A stretch of DNA of 63,521 nt, filler included, from Octopus bimaculoides (GCF_001194135.2; 9 parts of 9 records of this genome joined end to end with filler, not necessarily neighbours in it), one strand, 5' to 3'; numbered from the whole stretch's first letter, positions 11,135-24,460 are shown. Numbers and translations are program-made. The notes: a model not told the origin generated them from the sequence alone.

Positions 11135-11233
11135 GAGCGCGTTCTGCCTCATCTTCGAAACGCCTAGTTTACAATAGAGGCAGCTGATGAAGGAAAAGTC
11201 CCACAAGTGGGTTGTCTGTTTTCCTATGCGTTC
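11135..11233 (+). ncRNA. Degenerate hammerhead-like three-way junction (core GAA missing)
   Basis: CTGATGA (11184-11190) is abutted by two perfect 7-bp helices, CTGCCTC/GAGGCAG and AGGAAAA/TTTTCCT, with a third helix GAGCGCGT/ATGCGTTC. Confidence 0.3.
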
Positions 11234-11361
11234 ATTCTGTTGTCCGGAAAAAATGGCCACGTTTTGTGACGTCCTGTACCCGGATATGCATCTATATTTA
11301 CATGTAGATGTAGGTATGTACATATACGTATGTATACATGCATATGTTCATATATCATTTG

Positions 11362-11397
<36 letters not shown>

Positions 11398-13514
11398 GTA
11401 GGCATGCGAAGGAAATTTCTGCACCATTTTTCATATGCCTTTTGGCTCGCTTTGCAGGCAGAAAATTATTTTTATTAACCCCAGTGTCATTATCTGGTAA
11501 TAAGACGACAGTAAATTTATTTTAAATATGTTGATATAATAATAAATGCTAAATGTACTTTCAAATACTAAGGTATTTGGTAAATATGCCTTAACTGCAT
11601 CATTTGGTAATATTGTCAAACGTTAGTTTACTTTCTACCTGAATATTAATGCATTTTATTCGTGTTCAAATATTTGTAAGAAATATATTCGGCCACTCAG
11701 CATGTAAATATTTTTCTGCCTTTATTTATATTGCATGTGAAGCCTTACTTGTAATATCGCGTAACATCGAAAATGTTGGCTCCTATAAACACACAATATC
11801 TCTTTCATACCATATCCAACTGTTTTAAGGGAAAAAAAGTCAAAGATATATTATACCCGGCAAATAATATATACACACCTAGGATACCTTTAGGTCTGGT
11901 TGAATAGACAATAACTCAGTCTAAGCAGCAACAAAAGTAATAATTGCTAAGACATTAATTTAGTAATTTTTTAAAAATGATATAAATTTGGCTCGGGAGA
12001 ACGACAAAGGAACGACGAGAAAACGGGAAGCAGTACACACAATGGACACAACTTACTCAGACCTCATCCATTATCGACCAAGTATCATAATTTCAACATC
12101 TGGCTGAAACAGTGTTCAGTTTGGTGGTGTCTTCTTCAGCTCAAGCGGCTGTGGTATAAATGAGCGGACACGATAAACAAACGCGAACGAGAATAAATAA
12201 AAAAAAATTAAAAAAAAAAAAATAATGGTGGAAATCGACTCGCTATCGCGAGTGCCATGTTTTGTGTTGATATTACAAACCCAGCGTCCTCTTCGCATAA
12301 GCTCACATGATGACAAAGCCATACAACTGTATGGCATGGCCCAGACTTCACTTCTTACATACGAACAGAGCTTCAAAGCTGGATGCAACCATGCAGATGA
12401 TAGAAGAATTGTGATAACTCCGGCATTTTTCAGTCTTCGTTCCCTCATGAGCAAGAGAGCTACAGAAGTGAAGGTGTTTCATTCACAGACATACCAACCG
12501 CATTTGCGAAAAGTCCACCTTCAGTTTGTAGCTCCAAGAAGCCTAAGACATCACTTATGCTGGGAAGAATTTCACAAAAAGTGCCGGTGTATTAAATGTA
12601 ATAGTTACAAACGAATGTGCAATGCATATAGGGATAATCGTCAACCAAATCTCTTTTTCATTTGCACAAGCGTATTAGTGAAACATCTAAGCAACAATGG
12701 ATCAATAACGAGTTCACAGTCATTAAAAATATCTACCACATTTAAACATGTGCAATTAATTAATGAGTTAACATGTAATGAATTTATATTCATATTAATT
12801 AAAGAACGCTAAATATTTCATTTATCACTTCACTGATACTGTTTGAATCTATTCGACTGCCAGCTAGCAAAAACAGACAAGATGGCTAGAGATTACAAAC
12901 GCAGCACTGTTCTTCTCCAATGTACATTGACATACACATGAAAGCGCGCATATATGTGCACACGCAAATAAAAAAGGACAATGTGTTACTGAATTTGTAT
13001 ATTAGTAATTAGTTTGGTATAGTTCTAATACTGTTACTTGTTTTCAAATAGCACCATTGTGCTGAGTGCCTTCAAAGCAATTATATCTAACTTTTTCTTT
13101 ATACTTATTAGAATATTTGTGATATCGAGAAAAAGAGCATTTTTTCCTCATTGGCAAAAACTTTCTAACTATATTAGATAATCCATTCATCTTAAAGGCA
13201 AAATGAAATTAATCAATCTTTTCTTACTTTTATTATTCTACAGGACTTGATCCATGTATTCTTCTTTGGAACAACCCTTTTCATATGTATCATTGCGTTG
13301 GAATAGAACCTGGTCGGATATTTCCCACCGGCTCATTATTTTACTACTGATTTTCCTCAGTAAGTTTATATCAATTGTAGGTGAATTCTTATTATGTAAT
13401 ATATCTTAATTTAGCTTTCTAAAAGAGCGGTGCCTCAAATGTGATAAATTTTAGCAACTCTAAAATAACTGTCAATTCTTTACTTGGTACTAATAATGAA
13501 TATAATTGCACTTC

Positions 13515-13548
<34 letters not shown>

Positions 13549-15869
13549 NNNNNNNNNNNNNNNNNNNNNNNNNNNNNNNNNNNNNNNNNNNNNNNNNNNN
13601 NNNNNNNNNNNNNNNNNNNNNNNNNNNNNNNNNNNNNNNNNNNNNNNNNNNNNNNNNNNNNNNNNNNNNNNNNNNNNNNNNNNNNNNNNNNNNNNNNNNN
13701 NNNNNNNNNNNNNNNNNNNNNNNNNNNNNNNNNNNNNNNNNNNNNNNNNNNNNNNNNNNNNNNNNNNNNNNNNNNNNNNNNNNNNNNNNNNNNNNNNNNN
13801 NNNNNNNNNNNNNNNNNNNNNNNNNNNNNNNNNNNNNNNNNNNNNNATATATATATATATATATATATACGTATTTAACAGTCATTTAAAACTTTCACTC
13901 ATTACTCGTTTTCCCTTTAATCAAAGTGACAAGTCCTGTTGGCCAGACATGACTAGCAGAGCGAATCATTTCGGGATGGCTTTGTGGTTCTGGTTCTAGC
14001 ACACATACACATACATAAAACACACACACACACAGAGTCACAAATAATACATAACCAACGTACCAATACAAATACACCCATGTGTGTGTGTGTGTGTGTG
14101 TGTAGACACTCACATGTTGGTAATAGATGTAAGTTGCAGTTTCTACTGCACTGTTAATATCTCATTTTTGTTCTGTCTTTTTTATTGCCCACACAAAAGT
14201 ATGTACTATACCTTTATAAGAAACCAAATTAATATTTTTATATTTGAGTAAATATAGAACAGACAAAGAAATCACTCGTTCCATAGTAGGTTGCATAAAT
14301 TATATAACGCGGACATTTCTTCTGAGTTAATATTCTCCATAAGTCGCTCGAATTAATTTTTCCAACACTCACTAATAGAGCACAGAATACTGATATTGGT
14401 TGTCAATAAAACCGACAAGAGAATAGCTGACTTTGATGTTAAATGGAAGTTTCGAAGACGAGTGGGTTTCATTAACGTAAATCTAAGAGAAGCATTTTTC
14501 TGCCAAGTTGAAATGGTCTTCACGGTGAAAAGAAGCTCGAAAACGACTTTAATATCATTAAGATTGCCGTTTGTAGAGAAAAAGAAAAATAAGATTAAAA
14601 GCTACATCAGATGTAAATAGAAAAGAATGATAAGAAGATGAACTGATCATTGTTTTTAAATAGATTGCATAACTGAGTGAATATTGAAGTTTAGATTTGA
14701 AATTGACAAACGAGGAGATACAAACATCTACAATATCATATTCTATAGTTTTGAAGACGAGTTTTTCTTGCTATTTCTGTGACTGTTTGAAGTAAATAGT
14801 CAAAAGAACTACCTTTATACTTTGAAACATGAATAGATGATAGCTAGAAATATAGTTGATATCTATATATAAAAAAGTTAGTGTCTATGTAGAAAGATGA
14901 ATCTTTACTGATAGGAAAATCTCAAAATCACTGTTTCGTACTTCGTACCGCCTTTACGCTCTGGGTTCAAGTTTCATCGTCTAACTTCGCTTTTCATCTT
15001 TGTAGAAAATGTGTTCACAAAACTATGTACCGTTTGAATACTGCAGTTCAGTCAATCAACCGTACCACTGTCCTACAAATTTGTACCGAAGTACCTCTGT
15101 AAGAAATAAGTCTATCATCATTAACACTATTAAAAAGGGCGGTGGGCAGATCAAATTGTTAGAACATTGGACAAAATATCATGTGCTATTTGTTATGGCT
15201 ATTAACGTTCTGAGTTTAAATCCTATCGCGATCACCTTTTCTTTTCGCTTCTCCGCGGTCAATAGACCAAATTAAATGTCAAGTACTTGGGTCGATTTAA
15301 TCGATTAAACTATCACCCCAAAATTTCTGGTACTGTGCTTATGTTATAAATAATTATTGAAACTTGTAGTTTTCTTTAATCACAAACTTTTAAATTCACA
15401 GTTGCCCGCACCACCAACGACAGCTTGATAAATTTGTTGAATAGACTTAAAGAAGACAAAGATAACATTCTGCTTGACTAATAAGGAGATAGGGTTCGAG
15501 ACACCTAGATGATGAACAGATTATAAAGCTATATAGACATTTGATGACCAGCTATCAAAGCTACGTGGAATGCTTTACATATTATCCATCGCAAAAGATG
15601 CTCAAGGGTATTTTCAGGAACGCCAGGCTGAAATATCTGGAACAAATGATGCTAGGGGTCATGAGGTGTCTTACTCTTCCCGGGGGAGAATTCCTCACTC
15701 ACGTTGGAGCGAGTTACTCTTATTTGATTATATATATTTTAGACAGATAGACTGATAAATAGGTATACAGATTAGAAAAGAATACTCCACATGTCTCGTA
15801 GAGTTTATCTAATTTGTAGCACTTCATAAATATAGAAAGTTTTGTTTTTAATGTACTTAATGTTAAAAC

Positions 15870-16700
15870 AAATTATTTTCGCCTAGACAATATCGTACGA
15901 TTTAACATAGGTGTCGCAGTCCTGGAATGGCAACAATGTCCTCTAGAAACTCTGAACATCAAACGAGAATTGGTTGTTCTGTTTCGGAGGATCTTTCGAT
16001 CCGGAAAATATGGATAATATCCCAAAATTCTCGGCCTGATAGTTCTACCAAGATACATTACTAGTCTGAGACAAACCTAAGACACGGAATTACCGTCAGC
16101 AGAACCTGTTCATGATGGGTGCGATGCTACGGAAATCGAGTTGCATGCATTCGGTACTTCACCATTGCTGATTCGCAGAGTTTTGTTGAAGAACTGATGT
16201 CACGTTTAGGGTGATTATGGTTGTTGACCGATTTCATCGTAAAGAGTGTCCGGTTACCTTCCTATAAATGAAAGAAACAGAAGACAGTTTTCCTGTTAGG
16301 TGTCTAAGCTAAAGTAGGCTGTGTTGTGGTGAACACGATTAACAGGATCAAAGACACACATCTTCCCCTTCAGCCGAGATTATATCAACCTTTTATCACG
16401 TTTTCTCTGGAGAGATAGGTCAGGATGGAGAGGAAGGCCCTACTTGCTCCCATCCAGTAAATCTGTTGAAAAATGGTGAGAGTGGTGAACATAATCTGAG
16501 TAAATGGAGTTACGTTCAGCATGCGTCTGTAGAGCGGGGTTTAGCAGCGGGGCGTAAGTAATTCTTGATTAGAGTAATACAGGATCTGTGAGGGTCCTCT
16601 GATTGGTCCTTGGTAACGGATCTACCCCTAGAACTTTGAGAAATTTTATAGCCAATGCACGCTTTCGTTTTATTATTTTCCTCTCCCCAATCGATATCTA
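15870..16700 (-). mobile_element. Possible highly decayed LINE (APE endonuclease region)
   Basis: GC-richer block with broken frames (ITLIKNYLRP, NRVHHNTAYFSLD) loosely like APE motifs. Weak. Confidence 0.25.
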
Positions 16701-16804
16701 TGTAAAAAAAACTCCCACACTTTTTGCAACCTGACTGTGTAATGTTTGTCGCCTGCATCAGTTGCCTCTGTGAAAAATAAATGAAATCATTTTCTGTTTC
16801 GTTA

Positions 16805-16807
16805 GAA

Positions 16808-16844
<37 letters not shown>

Positions 16845-16988
16845 GTAGTAGTAGTAGTAGTAGTAGTAGTAATAGTAGTTGTTGTTGTTGTTGTAGCAGC
16901 GATAGTATTGCTGTTACTACCAATATCCACTTCTAAGACTGTGATAGCAAACACAACGAAATTAGATTCTTTATCATTATGATCTCTT

Positions 16989-17040
<52 letters not shown>

Positions 17041-17185
17041 TCCCTCCCCCCCAACCGCGACCGTCGCTGCCGTTGCCGTTGCCACCACCGCCACCACCAT
17101 CGTCATCGTCATCGTCGTCGTCGTCGTCGTCATCGTCGTCATCATCATCATCGTCATCATCATCATCATCATCATCATCAACATT
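16805..17185. repeat. Compound trinucleotide microsatellite field (TTA/TAG/TTG, then ATC/GTC/GCC)
   Basis: Read directly from the sequence. Confidence 0.95.
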
Positions 17186-17300
17186 GCATTATATCACTTC
17201 GGAGATAATTTAGCCAACTGTGAACAAATATGTTTCGTGTTAGTTCCGACAAATTCAACAAAGGTATATTATGCGTTTGTGTTTACGAATATATACATAC

Positions 17301-17334
<34 letters not shown>

Positions 17335-19052
17335 ACGTGTGCATATGTGTATGTATATACACATACACACACACACATACACACACACACATACACAAAC
17401 ACACACATAAACACACATGCACATATAATTCAATACACCATTCTCTCTACATATATGTATTTACAAGTGCATGTGTGTATGCACGTATGTGTAATTTTAG
17501 GTGTGTGAATGTATATGAATATATGTGAATGCGCGCGCGAGTGTGTATCTGTTTATGTGTGTGCGCGTACGTGTGTATAAACAGCGTAGAATTAATGATC
17601 ACCAGGAACATAGAACACAGTTCATATTTAAAATAGTACATATTTTTCACTTACATTTTTCTTCTTTACATTATTCTTTCAGAACTACTTCCGGTTATAT
17701 ATTCCGCTTAAACTAACGTTAATAATGCTGGATCAGTTTACATTAATCATATATCGGTTAGTTAATATCTTCAACACACTGGCAGCTGCCCATTCTTCCC
17801 CTGCCTACTATTTACTGCCCTACTTTACACACGAGCATTCGTTTCCCATCCCCATATCAATAATAATTGTCTCTCAAATTTCTGACATATTGAACAATTC
17901 AATAGATTATAGATTATGGGTAACACAATAATAATAATAATAATAATAGTAATAATAATAATAATAATAAAGAAATCTATAAATAATATGAAGATAACAA
18001 AATGAAAGAATTTCATCACACATACAGGAAGTAGTTATTGAAAGAGATGAGGTTCTCTTATTAAGAATGTCAAAAATGAAAGAACCGTTTAGATAGTTCG
18101 TGGGAGCAAATGTTTTGTTGCGTTGGAATAAATATAATTGACAATCTATTTTCTTTTGTTTCTCTTTTTCCCTCTTTCGTTTTAGAATTCTCAATTTTCT
18201 ATTTTAATTTTATTTTTTAAAACATTATTTTGATTTTATTCTTAATCTATGTCAAGAAACTCTTTCGTTTTTTTGAGTAGATTTATTTCACCATCTGGAG
18301 TAGGATGTACTACTCGCTATACATAAAGAACGTTGAGGTCAAGCGAACTGCTGCCGTTATATGGAACTCCGTAACCTGAGTTAGAGCCTAGATCAAATAG
18401 TAGGACAGTGGATTCATATTAATCTTGCTTTTTTTGTGTGCGTGTTTTTGTATAATGACGAACTTTCTGTAATTATCAGGTGCTATCTATTGCCGAAAAC
18501 CAACCAAACAACGAATAGTTGTAATGTAGAGCAGAGATGTTCTGTTCAAAGAAGAACATTGTATAATTATTGGAAATTGTTTCTTTAGCGTTGCGATAAT
18601 TAAATCTTTCAAATCTTTTTGTACGTCTTGCAATGGGACCGGGAAATCCCTTGCAAGATCAGCCACAGTACAAATACACTCATTTGTCCCGGTTCAGTCA
18701 ACTTTGCTATGGCATCTAGGCCCTGAACTGAACGCTTGCAGGATCTGAAGGCTTCTGCGTGCAATAGTCCTCCACACGTTAAACTCTTCATGCGTAAGCG
18801 TCCATTGCAAGTTATCCGTCTTACATCTCAATCCTTTCTTACTAAAATCGTTTGAGCTAACGGGCAAACTTCTGTATGATTGCTTTACATGATACAACAA
18901 GCAAAGTCTTCTCCGAATTACACTCTGTCATATTCGAAAAATGATAGGAAACATCGGATAATGTAGTCCTGGATACTCTGTGTTTAAAATTAGGATGCAA
19001 TTTTCGTACTTTTCACAATAAGCTAGTTAAGTTCAGGAATAAGCTGAGGATA

Positions 19053-19097
<45 letters not shown>

Positions 19098-19131
19098 AAC
19101 AACAACTATTACTACTACAACAACAACAACA

Positions 19132-19174
<43 letters not shown>

Positions 19175-19177
<3 letters not shown>

Positions 19178-19361
19178 GCAACCATACTCTGGGATATGCC
19201 AATACACACAGATAGAGAAATTAAGGCAAATAGACCAGATATAGTTGTCAAAGATCATGAAGGAAAAAAATGCCTTCTAATTGATGTTTCAATACCAGCA
19301 GATGACAACGTTTCTCTAAAAGAAATGGAAAAACTTTCAAAATACAAAGACCTGGAAATAG
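19175..19361 (+). mobile_element. 5'-truncated non-LTR retrotransposon, restriction-like endonuclease (R4/Dong-type)
   Basis: ILWDMPIHTDREIKANRPDIVVKDHEGKKCLLIDVSIPADDNVSLKEMEKLSKYKDLEI carries the PD..D and KxxKY REL motifs. It starts right after (AAT)n and is cut by a gap. Confidence 0.9.
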
Positions 19362-20150
19362 NNNNNNNNNNNNNNNNNNNNNNNNNNNNNNNNNNNNNNN
19401 NNNNNTTAATTAATTAANNNNNNNNNNNNNNNNNNNNNNNNNNNNNNNNNNNNNNNNNNNNAAAAAAAAAAAAAAAAAAAAAAAATGATGCATTGTCTTT
19501 CAGTGAAGTCCAACTCCAGTCCAAATGATTCCGTCTTAGTGCTGCTTCTTTTTTTCTTTGTTTTTCAATTTTTCCTTTTTTTTTGTTAAATATAACAATT
19601 TAGACTTACAAAAATGTCTAAGTCTGCTGTTGTCCTATTTAAAATATTTTTCTTTTTCTTTATTTTCTTTATTTTTTTTTTTGCAACTATATTTTTCGCT
19701 CCAATCTCAGTGTTCGTTCTGATATTTTACATGATGTTAACTTTTGACTTTCAAGTGTATTATTGTACACTCTCATGTACCCGTGAAAGACGCATTCTAC
19801 TTTAGCATTTAAACGCATACACACACACATATATACACACATGGCAGCATATGCTTGTTGGCAAGTCGAGTACCACATTAGTTCAAATGAAATAACAACA
19901 TGCATACATACAAACATACATACATGCAAATATAAACACATAATGCATGATTGCATTTGTTGTCCGGAACCATAGTGGTTCGAACCAAGTAAAGGTCATT
20001 TATCATTTTAAAAATTTTACTTTTATGTTTTCAGTCTTTCTTTCTTCACTCTATCTCTCTCTACATATATGTGTATATGTATGTGTTCATATATGTGTAT
20101 GTGTGTATGTATATATGCATATATATATACATATATATATATATATATGC

Positions 20151-20183
<33 letters not shown>

Positions 20184-20619
20184 NNNNNNNNNNNNNNNNN
20201 NNNNNNNNNNNNNNNNNNNNNNNNNNNNNNNNNNNNNNNNNNNNNNNNNNNNNNNNNNNNNNNNNNNNNNNNNNNNNNNNNNNNNNNNNNNNNNNNNNNN
20301 NNNNNNNNNNNNNNNNNGCATATATATATATATATATGCATATATATATAATATATGCATATATATATAATATATGCATATATATATAATATATGTATAT
20401 ATGCATATATATATAATATATGCATATATATATAATATATGCATATATATATAATATATGTATATATGCATATATATATATATATGCATATATATATGTG
20501 TGTATATATATATAGATATATGTGTGTTTGTATATGTATGTTTGTATATATATGTATACATGAATCCATGTATGTGTATGTATAAATATATCTATGTATA
20601 TATATATATGTGTGTGTGT

Positions 20620-20651
<32 letters not shown>

Positions 20652-21388
20652 TTGCATACATGCATTCTGACTATACTCTTTCCCTTCTACTTACCTCAAA
20701 GAAATATTTTAGGTTACTAATTTTTACCTAATGAATATTTTCTTATTTTGTCTTTTTCTTTATAATATTTAAACAAATTATCATTAGTAATATGTAATTA
20801 TTTCTTTTCCCTACACCCTCCACTTTTAATAACATCCGGTGACATAAGTTTTGTAGATATACATACTCTTTCTGGTGCTTTGTTACTCTTTAAAAAAAAA
20901 GTGAAGAAAATAAAAGAAAAAACACAAACAAAACCTACTATCTGCCTCATTTGATCTCACTTGAATCCTATTCTGAAGTGAAAAAGAAAAGAAAAAATAT
21001 GATTAGTTTATTTTTCATTCTAAAATACATTCTGAAACCAAAATATTAGTTAGAAATATTTTTTAACTAATTTCACTTTCATATTGTCAAATTCCATTTC
21101 ATTTTCAAGACTATCCTTTTTATCCAATATCAAAGAAAAAAACAACAACAAAAAATGTCCATTTATTTTGTTCAGTTTTTTTTTCTTTCTTTATACATCA
21201 CCCACAAAACATCTTCGATTTTATTTTATTCAAATGTATTGTGTAAATATAAAGTTATATTATTATACAAAACAAAATTTATTATTAATAATAAAAATAC
21301 CCTATTTTATCAATTTTTCTGTTATATAACAAAGAAATAATATAATTCCAAAAATATCTATTTCATGTTATCTTATTAACAAGTGTTT

Positions 21389-21456
<68 letters not shown>

Positions 21457-21826
21457 GTTTTGCTTGTAAATTTGATGCTGGTTTAAAAATCCATTATTAA
21501 CATGTATTATAATTTTTTTAAATTTATTTATTTGGATTGAATACAGTTAACGATATAATTTCAAAAGAATCATTTTTAATCATTCTTACAATGTTTGAAT
21601 TAACATTTTCAACATACTTACATCATCATGCTTGAGTATATTCAAAAAAAGAAGAAAAGGCAATGTGCTCAGGTTTTTCACTCATGTTTTGAGTATGCAC
21701 ACTCTTCCGGCACTCGTATATGTGCATGTATAGGTGGAGTGTGTGTGTGTGTGTATATGTACGTATATATGTGTGGTATGTATATTTGTGTATGCATATA
21801 TATGTGTATGTATATATATGTGTATA

Positions 21827-21908
<82 letters not shown>

Positions 21909-21912
21909 TATG

Positions 21913-21944
<32 letters not shown>

Positions 21945-22164
21945 TATGTATGTATGCGTGTGTGTGTAAATACACATCCACCCAAATATGCATGCACATT
22001 TATTTGCATAAGCTTTTTTGATTTTGACTTGGATATCTTTGTTTTTTTTTCCACCTCTTTCTTTCAAGTCTGTCAATTTACACAACTTCTGGCAAAGTCA
22101 TTAGAGCATCAAAAGAGTACCTCATTTTTGCTCCAAGTTTTTTTTTTTCTTTTTTTTTTTTGAT

Positions 22165-23510
22165 TTTTACATTCTGAGTTCATGTTGCACCAAAGGCAAC
22201 TTTGCTTCTTATTCCTCTGGGAGTCAATAAAATAAAGTACCGGTGAAGTATGAAGTGTTAATGTTCATGTAACTAACTAACCCTTCTAAAAATTACTTCC
22301 CTTGTGCCCTTGTTAGAAAGAGTTAGTATTATTAGGACAATAGAAGGGTAAAATTAAAAGAGTACAACACTAAACGTTTTGTGGTATTTATCATATGTTC
22401 CTTTACAATGTGAGTTAAAGTCCTGTTACGGCTGACTGTCACTTTTATCCAGGGTCGATAAATTAAGTGCAGATCATGCACTAGGGCTTGTTATAGTCAT
22501 TCTTCATCCTCCCCAAATATTCAGCTTTTTTTGCCATATTTCAATAGTTTATTAATATTATTTTCATTGTTGTTGTTGCTTTCTTTTATATGCGCTGTTT
22601 CAAGTCTCACCCAGAGACCTTAAGTATCAGCCAGTTGGACATTTTACTAGAGGTGTTATCTATAAATAGCAATGATATATTGTGCAAGAAGGAGACCAAA
22701 ATCTGAGAACTTTATTATTATTATGATGAAAGCAGTGCTGCCAAAGTTGACGTTGCCTTTCATTCTTTTGGGGTCAATAAATTATGTACCAGTGAAACAC
22801 TGGGGTCGATGTTTCAGGCCTTGTGCCTTTAGTAGAAAAGATTATTATCATTGAACGAGGTATATTATTATCATTGTTATTATTATTATTAAGGCAGTGC
22901 TGCTGAGGTCAACTTTGTCTTTCATCCTTCTGAGGTTGATTAGATAAATACTAGTTATGCATTGGGGTCAGTGTAATTGACTTATCCCTCCCCTGAAATT
23001 GCTGGCTTTGTGTCAAAACTTGAAAGCATTATTACAAAGGCAATGATCTGGTAGAGTTGTTAGTACACTGTATAAAATGCTTAACTGCTTTTCTGAGTCA
23101 AGATTTCACCAAGGTCAACCTTTCATCTTTTTGGGGTCAATAAAATGAGTACCAGTCAAGCACTTGGATCAGTCTAATCAGCTAATCTCCTCCTCCAAAA
23201 TTTCAGGCCTTGTGCTTATAGTAGAAATAATAATAATAATAATAATAATTATTATTATTATTATTATTATTATTAAGGCAGTGAGCTGCTAAAATCATTA
23301 GCATGCTGGACAAAATGCTTAGCTGCATTTTGTTTGTCTTTATGTTCTGAGTTCAAATTCCGCCAAGGTTGACTTTGCCTTTCATCCTTTCAGTGTTGAT
23401 GAAATAAGTACCAATCAAGTGCTGNNNNNNNNNNGGGGGGGGGGGGTCGATATAATTGACTAGTTCCATTCTTCAAGATTTCAGGCCTTGTGCCTATAGA
23501 AGACACGATT
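22165..23510 (+). mobile_element. Head-to-tail cluster of ~6 SINE family D copies separated by (TTA)n
   Basis: Repeated blocks (aaggcagtgagctg..., ctgagttcaaattccgccaaggttgactttgcctttcatcctt..., aagtaccag..., aaaatttcaggccttgtgc) at ~22165, 22380, 22731, 22891, 23035 and 23275. Confidence 0.85.
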
Positions 23511-23536
23511 ATTATCATTATAGTTATTATTATTAT

Positions 23537-24061
23537 TTTTATCTATATGTTTGATGCAATCATTCATCAAGACACTCCCAGTGCCCTAGGGTTAGTGAAG
23601 GTTAAGAGTTGAAAATTTGAGGAGGGCAGTACTGAAAAATATTCATATAATACAACACAAATGTTTGGATTGATAGAGTTTTTCTAAGGGTGTGGGCAGT
23701 ACTTGTCAACATAATCTTTTGGATTTCTTTGAGACATGGTTCTCCTTGGATGTTATCTAGATGTTTCTGACGTCCTTTTTTTTTTATTATACCTAGGACA
23801 CCTACAATAACAGGAACAATGTTTGCTTAAAGATGACACATTTCTTTGTATTTCAACTTCTAGGTCCTTACATTTATTAAGCTTCTCAAATTCCTTTACA
23901 GATATATTTTTACTAGTGGGGCCACTTACATCTATCAATCTACAAATATTTTCTTTCCTGTCTTTAATAATGTCTGGTCAATTAGTCCGGATTCTTCTGT
24001 CAGTATTGACTGGGAAATCCCAGAAGATGATGACATTTTTACCTTTAACTCAAGATGGTGT

Positions 24062-24063
<2 letters not shown>
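23537..24063 (-). mobile_element. 5'-truncated R4/Dong-type non-LTR retrotransposon 3' end
   Basis: Minus strand IFWDFPVNTDRRIRTN*PDIIKDRKENICRLIDVSGPTSKNISVKEFEKLNKCKDLEVEIQR. (AAT)n lies on both flanks. Confidence 0.85.
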
Positions 24064-24102
<39 letters not shown>

Positions 24103-24234
24103 GCTATCACCTGATATTTTGGAATAAAAAGAAAAGTATAAATATTTGACCAGTCAACTTTATGGTTCTACAAAGGTAAACTCTTTTACTTCAGTCATTT
24201 GAATATAGGATTAAATTACCATCATCACCACCAT

Positions 24235-24460
24235 GAGCCAACAAGGAAGCCTCTGTGCAAATACTTGAAGTGCTAGAAATGGTGATCAAAACTCCATCAC
24301 ATCTTAATCCTACTGACTTGAAAAATGATAAGGACACATTAGATAATGTAGTCCTAGATATCCTTTAATAACAAAAAAAAATGAAATGATCACAGTTGGA
24401 ATGGCCTTTGACTATAGGTCAGCTCAATCAGATTGACCTTGGGCTAAACAATAACAGCAA
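24235..24460 (+). mobile_element. SINE-like repeat with gggctaaacaataacagcaa tail
   Basis: Related fragments at ~10760-10870 and ~18950-18980 (shared gaaatagcag/gtagtcctggatac/tgtaatcc blocks). Confidence 0.45.

Noticed and set aside
16987-17184. Poly-M/T/D ORF
   Set aside because: Translation of compound trinucleotide repeats.
18600-18950. GC-richer block with 60-68-aa ORFs
   Set aside because: No motif recognised in six frames and no consistent splice pair.
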